From the sequence record MH791414.1: DNA of 24,000 bases; one strand, written 5' to 3'. Below, piece by piece: positions 14,778-22,361 of this stretch. Position 1 is the stretch's first letter. The number at the start of each line of letters is the position of its first letter. Below the pieces are notes generated by a model. The model saw nothing but the letters and a program-made list of their open reading frames with translations, searched no databases and was not told where the DNA came from. This stretch comes from Aeromonas phage Aswh_1. The position numbers and the translations under genes were made by a program.

Positions 14778-14797
14778 AAAGCCCCTTTCGGGGCTTT
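14778..14797 (-). terminator. hairpin terminator, potentially bidirectional
   Basis: AAAGCCCC-TTTC-GGGGCTTT. T-run on the plus strand; on the minus strand the stem (GAAA loop) is followed by ACTTTTT. Confidence 0.8.
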
Positions 14798-14798
14798 T

Positions 14799-15248
14799 TT
14801 AAGACTTCAAAGTCTTTTCTATTTTACGTCTTTTCTTAACACCTAACGAAGCAGGACCTTTATCTACAATATCACCAGACTTGACACCAGAAGCAATATT
14901 AGTTGGATCGCCATCTGCATCCCCAGCTACCATTGCTTCATATAAAGCCTCTATAGACTGCTCTGGCTGTCCGTAGCGTTCGGTAAGGGCATTGTATCCC
15001 GCCTTAGCCGCAAACAGATTAGCGGCTGTCTGACCACCGTATTTTTGCAATCCCTGTTTTAGTGTCCGGATTGTAGAATGAAAAGATGTATAAGCAGACT
15101 TTTCCCTAACTGTATCGGGTCGTTTGATGAGGTTACCTTGATCGTCAATTAGCCCCAATTTACAAGCTTCCCAATTCCTGAAGGGTTTTCTTATTAAGTC
15201 TATCATACGTGCAGCGTATACCGCATCCATAACCCTTTTGATTGACAT
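14799..15248 (-). CDS. conserved-looking phage protein of unknown function (149 aa)
   Basis: MSIKRVMDAVYAARMIDLIRKPFRNWEACKLGLIDDQGNLIKRP...; bounded by a terminator on each side (14778..14797 and 15262..15281). Confidence 0.75.
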   Translation of the reverse strand: MSIKRVMDAVYAARMIDLIRKPFRNWEACKLGLIDDQGNLIKRPDTVREKSAYTSFHSTIRTLKQGLQKYGGQTAANLFAAKAGYNALTERYGQPEQSIEALYEAMVAGDADGDPTNIASGVKSGDIVDKGPASLGVKKRRKIEKTLKS

Positions 15249-15261
15249 ATATTTTTCCTTT

Positions 15262-15281
15262 TAAAAAGGGGATTACCCCCT
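15262..15281 (-). terminator. rho-independent terminator after the helicase gene
   Basis: Minus strand AGGGG-GTAAT-CCCCT-TTTTAAAA directly after the helicase stop. Confidence 0.65.
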
Positions 15282-15287
15282 ATTTAT

Positions 15288-16856
15288 TTAGTCATCCCAA
15301 GGTGCAGAATCTTCATCGATCATCCCGGCGATATCTTCGTTAAAATCGATTTGGACCTTACTTAGATTGCGTTTGAACAGAACCGGTCCCAGTGGTTTGG
15401 TATCGATAATGTCGGCGATTTCTGGCTCTATTTCAACAGCCACCGAAGTCACATCATCACCCTTACGAACAACGATAGAGTCGGCGCTAATATCCGAGCG
15501 TTCTTCTAGATCTTTTCTCTCGTAAACAACCGTATATGGTGCAGTATCATCAAGATCTGACCAACGCATTTTACCCTTTTCAACCACCATACAGAATTTG
15601 TTATGGGTGTTGATATCACCATATCGGGACTTCAATTGTTTGAACAATTGCTGACCAAGGGAGATAAGGTCTTCGTCTTCGGAAATCGCCAATACGAAAT
15701 CGCAACCATGAAGGAGAGCATACGAATCTGCAATGTCGGCTTTGTCAATTTCAAGACTACCAGATGACCCACGGTTTGTTTGAGCACCGGACCACGCAAC
15801 GATTTTCTTTTCAATTGCCAAACCACGGACTTCCTCGGAAATCGCTTTGATGAAGGAATATGAATTGTCAGAAAACTTCATCCGAGACGAAGCCATGATA
15901 CCAAGATAGTCTACCATGATAACATCAGGTTTAAAACCCTTTTTCATCTCCAATTCATCCATCAGGTTTCTGATGTGATTTACGTTGGCTCCCGAAGTAG
16001 GAAATTGTTTAACAAACAATTTACCAAGTTTTTTGCCAAGAACCTTTTTATTAAAACGGTTCATGAACTCGGATTTTTGAACCAGACCACTATCCAGATC
16101 ATCGAGAGAAATATCCATCAGGTTAGCGTCAATACGTTTACCTACGGTTTCTTCGCTCATCTCAAACGATACATATAGGACGTTAAGTCCGAGCTGCAAA
16201 TATTCAGTTGCAAGGTGACACAAACCGATAGACTTACCAACACCAGTACCGGCAAGAATAACGTTCAACGTACCCAGTTCGACCCCACCTTTCGTAATCC
16301 GGTTTAACATATGATTTAGGAAAGGGATCTTGTTTGTTTTCTTATTATAGGACTCCCAGCGATCTTCTGCTTGTGCCATATAATCATGACCAATGTCAAA
16401 AGTAAATCCAACTGACAAGGCAGTTTTCATAATTTCTGGAATAGCGCCGATATCCTTTATTTTCTTGTCTTGCTCGTCAAGGGGCTTAGAAAAGTTTTCT
16501 CTAATTTGAATACATTCGGAAATAGCGATATCCATAGCTCTTTCCTGACAGAACTTTTCTGTTTCCTCAACCAACCATTTAGGATCTTCCGGAATTTGTT
16601 CAATTCTGGAAATCAATACCTTACTTTGGTCATATTCTACCTGACTAATATTTTGTTTCTTTTCAATCATTACACCCAGCGCATTAACGGAAGGTGCTTT
16701 ATTATGCTTTTTTGCATATTCATGGATCATCTCGAATGCAATTCGATATGGACCCCTAGCAAAGTATTCAGGTTTCAAAAATGGATATACTTTACCAAAA
16801 AATTCGCTGTTATAGACCAGATTATTAATAATGATCTGGGACATACTGACACTCAT
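15288..16856 (-). CDS. 41: DnaB-like replicative helicase, T4 gp41 type (start revised to MSVSMSQIIINNL)
   Basis: Walker A ILAGTGVGKS; NVLYVSFEMS; VIMVDYLGIM; WSGAQTNR. AGAGG upstream of the ATG at 16856; the track start at 16883 is a GTG inside the terminator hairpin. Confidence 0.93.
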   Translation of the reverse strand: MSVSMSQIIINNLVYNSEFFGKVYPFLKPEYFARGPYRIAFEMIHEYAKKHNKAPSVNALGVMIEKKQNISQVEYDQSKVLISRIEQIPEDPKWLVEETEKFCQERAMDIAISECIQIRENFSKPLDEQDKKIKDIGAIPEIMKTALSVGFTFDIGHDYMAQAEDRWESYNKKTNKIPFLNHMLNRITKGGVELGTLNVILAGTGVGKSIGLCHLATEYLQLGLNVLYVSFEMSEETVGKRIDANLMDISLDDLDSGLVQKSEFMNRFNKKVLGKKLGKLFVKQFPTSGANVNHIRNLMDELEMKKGFKPDVIMVDYLGIMASSRMKFSDNSYSFIKAISEEVRGLAIEKKIVAWSGAQTNRGSSGSLEIDKADIADSYALLHGCDFVLAISEDEDLISLGQQLFKQLKSRYGDINTHNKFCMVVEKGKMRWSDLDDTAPYTVVYERKDLEERSDISADSIVVRKGDDVTSVAVEIEPEIADIIDTKPLGPVLFKRNLSKVQIDFNEDIAGMIDEDSAPWDD

Positions 16857-16880
16857 AAAAATCCTCTTATCTAACGAAAA

Positions 16881-16916
16881 CACCCACGTTTCAAATTTTG
16901 GTTCGGAACGTGGGTG
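16881..16916 (-). terminator. rho-independent terminator
   Basis: Perfect 10-bp arms CACCCACGTT...AACGTGGGTG with a 16-nt loop, followed on the minus strand by TTTTCGTT; lies between the 16932 gene and the helicase RBS. Confidence 0.75.
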
Positions 16917-16931
16917 ATACTTACTTACATT

Positions 16932-17450
16932 TTAACGTATTTTTGCAGGAACATGAAGTATACCGGTGTCGTTCAACACAAAAGGCTTGTCGTCCTTGGT
17001 CAAGATGTTCATCCAGAACTTCGCTTTATACTTTGGAGTTTTCTTAACACGAGTCATACGCCGCGTGATCTGACCGTCTGGCATAGCATAGTGAGACACC
17101 ATTAACGCCTGTCTTTCACCAACGAAGTCATAGAAGCTTAGAACCATATGGTTCTCACAGCACAACCACGACTTTCCGTTTTCCATAGTGATTTCCCACA
17201 CTTCCGGGTTAAACGGCTCGGTAAATTCAGTGTCTACCATTCTGGTAATCTCTGCATATTCACCGGTTTTGGTTGATGGCAAAAGAACGGTATAACCATA
17301 GATAATTTGCATTACCTGATACATTGTCCAAGTAGTTGGGCGCATATCACCCCACATTTCAGGACAATAGAACGTTACTAGGGTATCTTCTGGAAACCCG
17401 TTAATATCATAACAGTCATTACGATCACATTCTCTGGTTACTTCAGTCAT
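16932..17450 (-). CDS. hypothetical phage protein (172 aa; start MTEVTRECDRND)
   Basis: Track ORF trimmed; the Met at 17450 directly follows the upstream stop (17452). Confidence 0.75.
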   Translation of the reverse strand: MTEVTRECDRNDCYDINGFPEDTLVTFYCPEMWGDMRPTTWTMYQVMQIIYGYTVLLPSTKTGEYAEITRMVDTEFTEPFNPEVWEITMENGKSWLCCENHMVLSFYDFVGERQALMVSHYAMPDGQITRRMTRVKKTPKYKAKFWMNILTKDDKPFVLNDTGILHVPAKIR

Positions 17451-17451
17451 T

Positions 17452-17736
17452 TTATTTCCTTTTGAAAATATCAAGGAATCGAATATACCAAGGTTTGGCT
17501 TCTTCGAAATTAAATTGAGCAATCAAGGCACGTTGAACATGTGGAAATAGAATTTCCTTCTCTTCCTCATGTGGTGTAGACCAATCAATATGCATTTTAC
17601 CGTCATGAAATTGGACATCATGGACATAAGTTAGATAATGATCATCTCCAATACGAATAACCAACTCTTGGGTGACATTGCGCAATGCTTCCTTAATAAT
17701 GTCTTTGTATTTATTTTCGTTATACTCTTCTTCCAT
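17452..17736 (-). CDS. hypothetical phage protein (94 aa)
   Basis: ORF track; co-directional. Confidence 0.7.
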   Translation of the reverse strand: MEEEYNENKYKDIIKEALRNVTQELVIRIGDDHYLTYVHDVQFHDGKMHIDWSTPHEEEKEILFPHVQRALIAQFNFEEAKPWYIRFLDIFKRK

Positions 17737-17750
17737 AACACATCTCAGAA

Positions 17751-17769
17751 GAGGTGGTTTCCCACCTCA
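17751..17769 (-). terminator. intergenic hairpin GAGGTGG...CCACCTC (coordinates within 1-2 nt)
   Basis: 7-bp perfect arms between genes 17773 and 17736; short imperfect T-run (TTCT). Confidence 0.5.
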
Positions 17770-17772
17770 TAT

Positions 17773-18189
17773 TTAGGGGATGATATTAAATTTAGTTCTA
17801 TTTGTGTATACAACCGGTGCGACAATCTCATCAAAGTCGGTTTGGTGCTGAAACCCATCTTGAACTAGAAGATGACTATAACCCCGTCCCCTTAGATCCA
17901 TTGGGTGTTTCACCACAATAAAACGAGACATATTTTGCAATTTCATGGATTTTACACAGTCTTGAATAATTTTATTATCGAATACCTCATTTAATTTTTT
18001 AATTTGGTATTTGATCTCATCAAATATTCGACCTCGGTTAGGTTCCATTATAATTACAGTCTTAAACTCACCAAAATATGCGTCATAAACTGCTTTGGTT
18101 GTTGGGTCATCAAAAAATCCAAAATGAGTTAGATAGTATCCGTAGTCGTCACGAAGGTGTATGAACAGCTGTATTTCTTCTTCAGTCAT
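17773..18189 (-). CDS. hypothetical phage protein (138 aa; start MTEEEIQLF)
   Basis: Track ORF begins inside a G/C hairpin; start trimmed. Confidence 0.7.
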   Translation of the reverse strand: MTEEEIQLFIHLRDDYGYYLTHFGFFDDPTTKAVYDAYFGEFKTVIIMEPNRGRIFDEIKYQIKKLNEVFDNKIIQDCVKSMKLQNMSRFIVVKHPMDLRGRGYSHLLVQDGFQHQTDFDEIVAPVVYTNRTKFNIIP

Positions 18190-18203
18190 TTTGTGTTCCA
18201 ATA

Positions 18204-18220
18204 GGGGGTTCAAGCCCCCC
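18204..18220 (-). promoter_or_regulatory. intergenic hairpin GGGGG-TTCAAG-CCCCC between uvsX and the next gene
   Basis: Short G5/C5 inverted repeat just after the uvsX stop; no T-run. Confidence 0.45.
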
Positions 18221-18232
18221 ATTTATGGTTAA

Positions 18233-19342
18233 TTAGCCGAAAAGTTCTTCTACTTCGTCGAATACTTCTTGGGATACCTCAACCGATTTGAGTTTATACA
18301 ATTCAGTACAAGCACGTTTAAATGGTTCGTGTGCAAACAGAGGTTTCCAGAACTCAAGAGAATTTGTTTCCACCTCAGTCCATTTCGGTTCATCTTCAGA
18401 GATGATACTAAGTTCCCCGGTTTCTTCGTCCAATAGGTATCTCTGGAAGCGGGCATTTTGTGGTTTATCAACAAACCCAAGGTCCAGCGCCAGTTCCAAC
18501 ATACCAGAGTATGTATTAATACCACCTTCGAACGTAACTTGCAAGGGGAGCTTCGATTTTTCCTTGATATAACGACTCTTCTCGGCGTTCATGATGAAAT
18601 TATAACCAAGAAGCTCTTTACCATCTTTCTCTTGTTGTTTACCAAGAATAATAACGGTATCAGCTGAATACATCGGACCAGTACCACCAGACATAACAGT
18701 TTTACTGAACATCTCTTGTGTTTCATAGGTGTGGTTTACGGCAATACATGGAATATCGAGCACAGTCAGATATGGAGTAACCATACGGAAAAGACTCTTG
18801 ATCTGTTTTGCTCGGGTCATATCTTGTGCAGATTTTTCTGATTTTGCATCTTCTAGTTCTTTCTTGGATGCGACGTTACCAATGGAATCAATAAAGATAA
18901 TTACTTTATCGCCACGATTGATAGCTTCCAGCTTTTTAACAATGTCGAACTTAAGTTCTTCCACGTCAACAAACGGACAATGGACAACTCGGTTAATATC
19001 AACCCCCTGAGAGGTAAAATAGTCCGGGGTAGAACCAAACTCGTTATCGAAGAACAGACAAACCGCGTCTTTATACTTACGAAGATATGCAGATACCAAC
19101 ACCAAACTGAGATTTGATTTAAAGTGTTTCGATGGACCAGCAATACAGGTTAAACCGGGTTTTAGACCGCCGTCAAGATAACCAGACAACATCAGGTTAA
19201 TAATGGGAACCCGAGTTCGAATCACATCTTTATCATTAAAGAATGTACTCTCTTTTAACATAGAACTCATTTTGTTAGATGAAGTTCCTACAAGACGTTC
19301 CAGAAGTGCACCAGTATTAGCAGTTTTTGCTTTTTTTGCCAT
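18233..19342 (-). CDS. uvsX: UvsX-type RecA-like recombinase (369 aa)
   Basis: Walker A GPSKHFKSN, FFDNEFGST, VIIFIDSIGN, PCIAVNHTYET, SGGTGPMYSAD. Confidence 0.95.
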   Translation of the reverse strand: MAKKAKTANTGALLERLVGTSSNKMSSMLKESTFFNDKDVIRTRVPIINLMLSGYLDGGLKPGLTCIAGPSKHFKSNLSLVLVSAYLRKYKDAVCLFFDNEFGSTPDYFTSQGVDINRVVHCPFVDVEELKFDIVKKLEAINRGDKVIIFIDSIGNVASKKELEDAKSEKSAQDMTRAKQIKSLFRMVTPYLTVLDIPCIAVNHTYETQEMFSKTVMSGGTGPMYSADTVIILGKQQEKDGKELLGYNFIMNAEKSRYIKEKSKLPLQVTFEGGINTYSGMLELALDLGFVDKPQNARFQRYLLDEETGELSIISEDEPKWTEVETNSLEFWKPLFAHEPFKRACTELYKLKSVEVSQEVFDEVEELFG

Positions 19343-19368
19343 TTTATTTTTCCTTTAAGTTATCTTAT

Positions 19369-19399
19369 GTGGGTATTATATCATTTTTACAATACCCAC
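19369..19399 (-). promoter_or_regulatory. hairpin overlapping an extended -10 promoter (TGATATAAT, -10 at 19375..19380) upstream of uvsX
   Basis: 9-bp perfect arms GTGGGTATT...AATACCCAC between gp43 C-terminal ORF and uvsX; the perfect TATAAT runs into the distal arm. Confidence 0.55.
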
Positions 19400-19410
19400 T
19401 TAATTTTGAA

Positions 19411-20583
19411 TTAGAAGTCGAACAAGTCTTCAAGAGAAGTAGTTTTTTCTTGAGTCCAACAAACAGCGTCACAAATAGCCTGTAACGGTTTTTGGAAGTG
19501 CTTGCAATACATCCCTACGAAATCAATATCCTTTTCTGGAATTATCCCAAAATCTTCAGGAATTTTATCACCAGAAGGCCACGCGATTGTTTCGATGTGG
19601 AATTTATTAGGAACCTTCAACATCGCATACTGGATTTTTTCACCAGAACGGATCGGGTCCACATAACTTCCTTTTTCTGTCAGGTCATGGCAAATCTTGT
19701 TGTAGTTGATCGCAGCTCTAACGTGACCGGGACAACCACTAACAGGAGTAAAGTTTTCATGATTCTTTTCGATGTTATTGGCACTACTTACTTGTGCAAT
19801 ACGTCTATAATCCTGCTTACTGTACTCGTCACGGACTTTCTCAACATGGTTGTGTAGGTCGGTCTCGGTCTGTGTCAGGATGATGTCTATGGCGGTTTCA
19901 AGCTGTTCTGACGCGAATGGTGGTGTGCTACTACGTCTAGTTTCGATACCCATGATCTTGAGCTTAGGAACCACATTACCATGTTCGTCAATTTTTCTCT
20001 TACCTTCGTTATCCCAAACAGAAAGAGCATATCGCTTTTTCTTAGTCCAGAATCCACGAGTTGCGATTACTTCTCGGTCCATAAACAGTTTATGATCGAA
20101 ATAGTTCATATAGTCTTTCAATTCTCTATATGACGCATCAATATAAGGTTCTACTTTTTCTTTTGCGAAACGATCTAGCAAATCAACCCATTCAATAACT
20201 GGAACATCACCGATTTCAACCCCACGCTTTTTAGCTAGAAGTTTTACAATCCCATCGGCTCGAACATATTGTGAGTCAGTATCACAATATACAACATAAT
20301 CGATTCCACTTGTCCCACACAACTTATTGAAATACTCATTGGTCTTTCTGGAAATCCATTTAATTGCAAGTTGTCCACCCATGGTAATAGATTCCGCCAT
20401 TCTGAGGTCATAATATCTACCTACCGGGTGACCCAAAGAACCATAAAGTGAGTTAATCAATACCTTTTTTGCTTGTTGGGTGACGTTACACACCTTTTCG
20501 TATTTTCTACAATCTGAAATGAGCTGCTTTAGCTCATCATCAGACATATTATGAAGTTGTTCATCAGTATAATCTAGATTCAT
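19411..20583 (-). CDS. 43B: family B DNA polymerase, C-terminal part (gp43B-like, 390 aa): motifs B and C, thumb
   Basis: KVLINSLYGSLG (motif B), VVYCDTDSQYV (motif C), FWTKKKRYALSVWD, PKLKIMGIETRRSSTP, C-terminal SLEDLFDF clamp-binding-like tail (T4: SLFDMFDF). Confidence 0.93.
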   Translation of the reverse strand: MNLDYTDEQLHNMSDDELKQLISDCRKYEKVCNVTQQAKKVLINSLYGSLGHPVGRYYDLRMAESITMGGQLAIKWISRKTNEYFNKLCGTSGIDYVVYCDTDSQYVRADGIVKLLAKKRGVEIGDVPVIEWVDLLDRFAKEKVEPYIDASYRELKDYMNYFDHKLFMDREVIATRGFWTKKKRYALSVWDNEGKRKIDEHGNVVPKLKIMGIETRRSSTPPFASEQLETAIDIILTQTETDLHNHVEKVRDEYSKQDYRRIAQVSSANNIEKNHENFTPVSGCPGHVRAAINYNKICHDLTEKGSYVDPIRSGEKIQYAMLKVPNKFHIETIAWPSGDKIPEDFGIIPEKDIDFVGMYCKHFQKPLQAICDAVCWTQEKTTSLEDLFDF

Positions 20584-20852
20584 CGACGCGCACTCACTTC
20601 TATATCGTTAATAATAAAATCCATACTATTACAATCCATATCATAATAAGGATTTGAACCATTCTCGATAATGGTATTTTTTCTGTGATTTAGAAAATCT
20701 TTCATCCGTTGGATTGTTGCTTGGCTAACAGGCTGAAATAAAAACATCGCTTTGAATTCTTCTAAATCATATTTTTTATCCGTGTCGTTCTGCAAGGATA
20801 CGTGCGGCTCGTGTAGCAAGTGCATCAGCTTTAAACTCCTCTTTTTTGGCAT
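20580..20852 (-). CDS. uncharacterised 90-aa ORF bridging the two halves of the split DNA polymerase
   Basis: ORF track. First ~77 nt overlap the N-terminal fragment in the +1 frame; its stop overlaps the ATG of the C-terminal fragment (ATGA). Start codon uncertain. Confidence 0.45.
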   Translation of the reverse strand: MPKKRSLKLMHLLHEPHVSLQNDTDKKYDLEEFKAMFLFQPVSQATIQRMKDFLNHRKNTIIENGSNPYYDMDCNSMDFIINDIEVSARR

Positions 20853-22293
20853 CTTTACGTTGCAAGAATACTTTTTCTACTTCAATCGGAAGAAAACCGC
20901 GCTTCGCGTTGTCGTATCGAACACCGTTTGCTGCAACAGAATATTTTCCTTCGTGTGGTACTTCATATTGTTTGGTAACTAAACCCATACCCTCAATATC
21001 TGGAACCATACGGTCTTTAACTAGAATTTTTGGGAAATCTAATTGGTCAACCAAAGTCTCAGGAGAAATATTCTCAGACATGATGATGTGTGGATACAGA
21101 GAAGTTAAGTCAAAAGACAACAACCACTCATACAAGCCGGGTTTTGGTTCTTTAACAAACGCACCCGCAAACTTAGACCGTTGGGCATGTTTGTTTTCTG
21201 GAATAATTACGTGTTCTGCCAACAGGCTATTATAAATAATAGCGTCCCATGTTTTTAGTGGGCTGAATACGTCAGGTGCGTTTATTCCCGCATAATACGA
21301 AACTGATGCAATCAGGAAGATCAAACTTAGCCGTTCTTCCAACTTCTTGATAATTTCAACGTCTCGGATCGCATAGTCAATATAAGTTTGTGGGTCTTTC
21401 GTGGCAAACATCAAATATGTTTTATATGGCATTTCCACTTTATTAATACCCAGCTCACATTCCGCGATTGTATCCAACTTATAGTTTGGTCTGGTTGTGA
21501 ATGTAAATTTCTTATATGCAGCCATGAAATCAACACAGTTAACACCCTGAATGACATAAGTAACCACATCATCATCGTTGTCGTCTTTTGATATAACCTG
21601 TGTGGTCTCTCCAAACGGTGAAAGTTTATGGATAAATCTCTCACCAAGCACCTTTTTAATACGACCAATCACATAAGGAATATCAAAGAATTCACTATTC
21701 CAACCGCTTAGATAATGCGGTGTGTTGGTAACAAAAAATTGCAAGAACTTAACCAAAACGTCTTTTTCGGATTCACACTTGATATATTCAACGTCATGTA
21801 GAACTTTACCATCAATGATTGATTTTTCTACATCCCATTCGCGAGTTGTCCAGATATAGTATTTCTTTTTCTTTGTACTATAGATCTGAATTGTATCAAT
21901 TTCATATTCATGTTCTATTGCATGTGGGAAAGGTCCATCGGTTGGGACCTCGATATCCAAAAACATGATATCAAGCATAGTGTAATCATAAACAGAATTA
22001 GCCCCATAAGTATCAGAAATATACTGGAATGTATAATTGTCCATTCCCAATACTTCTTTACCCATAGACTGCATCTCTTTAAACCATTTTCTAGCTTCTC
22101 CAATAGAATCTAGTGATTTGGGAAGACACCGACGACCATAGATGTCTCGATATGGAGTTTCAATGTGATCACCAACGTGGCGATATAGGGTTGGAGCGAA
22201 CCTAACTTTACGAATCTGGTCTTGTCCAGCATCGTTAAAATATCGGTCATAGATGGTGTTTCCATCCATCCAAACGCTTGTATAAAAATTCAT
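20776..22293 (-). CDS. 43A: family B DNA polymerase, N-terminal part (gp43A-like, about 505 aa; start MNFYTSVWMDG): 3'-5' exonuclease and palm motif A
   Basis: Exo motifs MFLDIEV, GWNSEFFDIPYV, YAIRDVE; motif A LLSFDLTSLYPHIIMSENISPETL. AGGAG before the ATG at 22293. The track start at 22347 is a GTG upstream of the hairpin. Confidence 0.93.
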   Translation of the reverse strand: MNFYTSVWMDGNTIYDRYFNDAGQDQIRKVRFAPTLYRHVGDHIETPYRDIYGRRCLPKSLDSIGEARKWFKEMQSMGKEVLGMDNYTFQYISDTYGANSVYDYTMLDIMFLDIEVPTDGPFPHAIEHEYEIDTIQIYSTKKKKYYIWTTREWDVEKSIIDGKVLHDVEYIKCESEKDVLVKFLQFFVTNTPHYLSGWNSEFFDIPYVIGRIKKVLGERFIHKLSPFGETTQVISKDDNDDDVVTYVIQGVNCVDFMAAYKKFTFTTRPNYKLDTIAECELGINKVEMPYKTYLMFATKDPQTYIDYAIRDVEIIKKLEERLSLIFLIASVSYYAGINAPDVFSPLKTWDAIIYNSLLAEHVIIPENKHAQRSKFAGAFVKEPKPGLYEWLLSFDLTSLYPHIIMSENISPETLVDQLDFPKILVKDRMVPDIEGMGLVTKQYEVPHEGKYSVAANGVRYDNAKRGFLPIEVEKVFLQRKDAKKEEFKADALATRAARILAERHG

Positions 22294-22311
22294 CTTATCT
22301 CCTGATAAAAA

Positions 22312-22334
22312 TTGAGGATCCGATGGATCCTCAA
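22312..22334 (-). promoter_or_regulatory. perfect 10-bp hairpin (TTGAGGATCC-3 nt-GGATCCTCAA) followed by T5, immediately upstream of the polymerase Shine-Dalgarno; terminator/attenuator or translational operator
   Basis: Minus strand TTGAGGATCCATCGGATCCTCAATTTTTATCAGGAGATAAGATG. Confidence 0.75.
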
Positions 22335-22361
22335 AAAATGATAACACGTCTAACCAATCTA

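Noticed and set aside
20776-20852. Programmed +1 frameshift reconstituting a full-length polymerase
   Set aside because: The 90-aa frame ends in TGA before the 43B frame, so one shift cannot restore full-length polymerase; two would be needed. Kept only as a weak option for a C-terminally extended 43A.
20560-20860. Group I intron or intein in the DNA polymerase gene
   Set aside because: The gap between fragments is only ~190 nt with multiple stops in the polymerase frame. The neighbouring fragments lack intein termini (Cys/Ser...His-Asn), and the space is too small for an intact group I intron.
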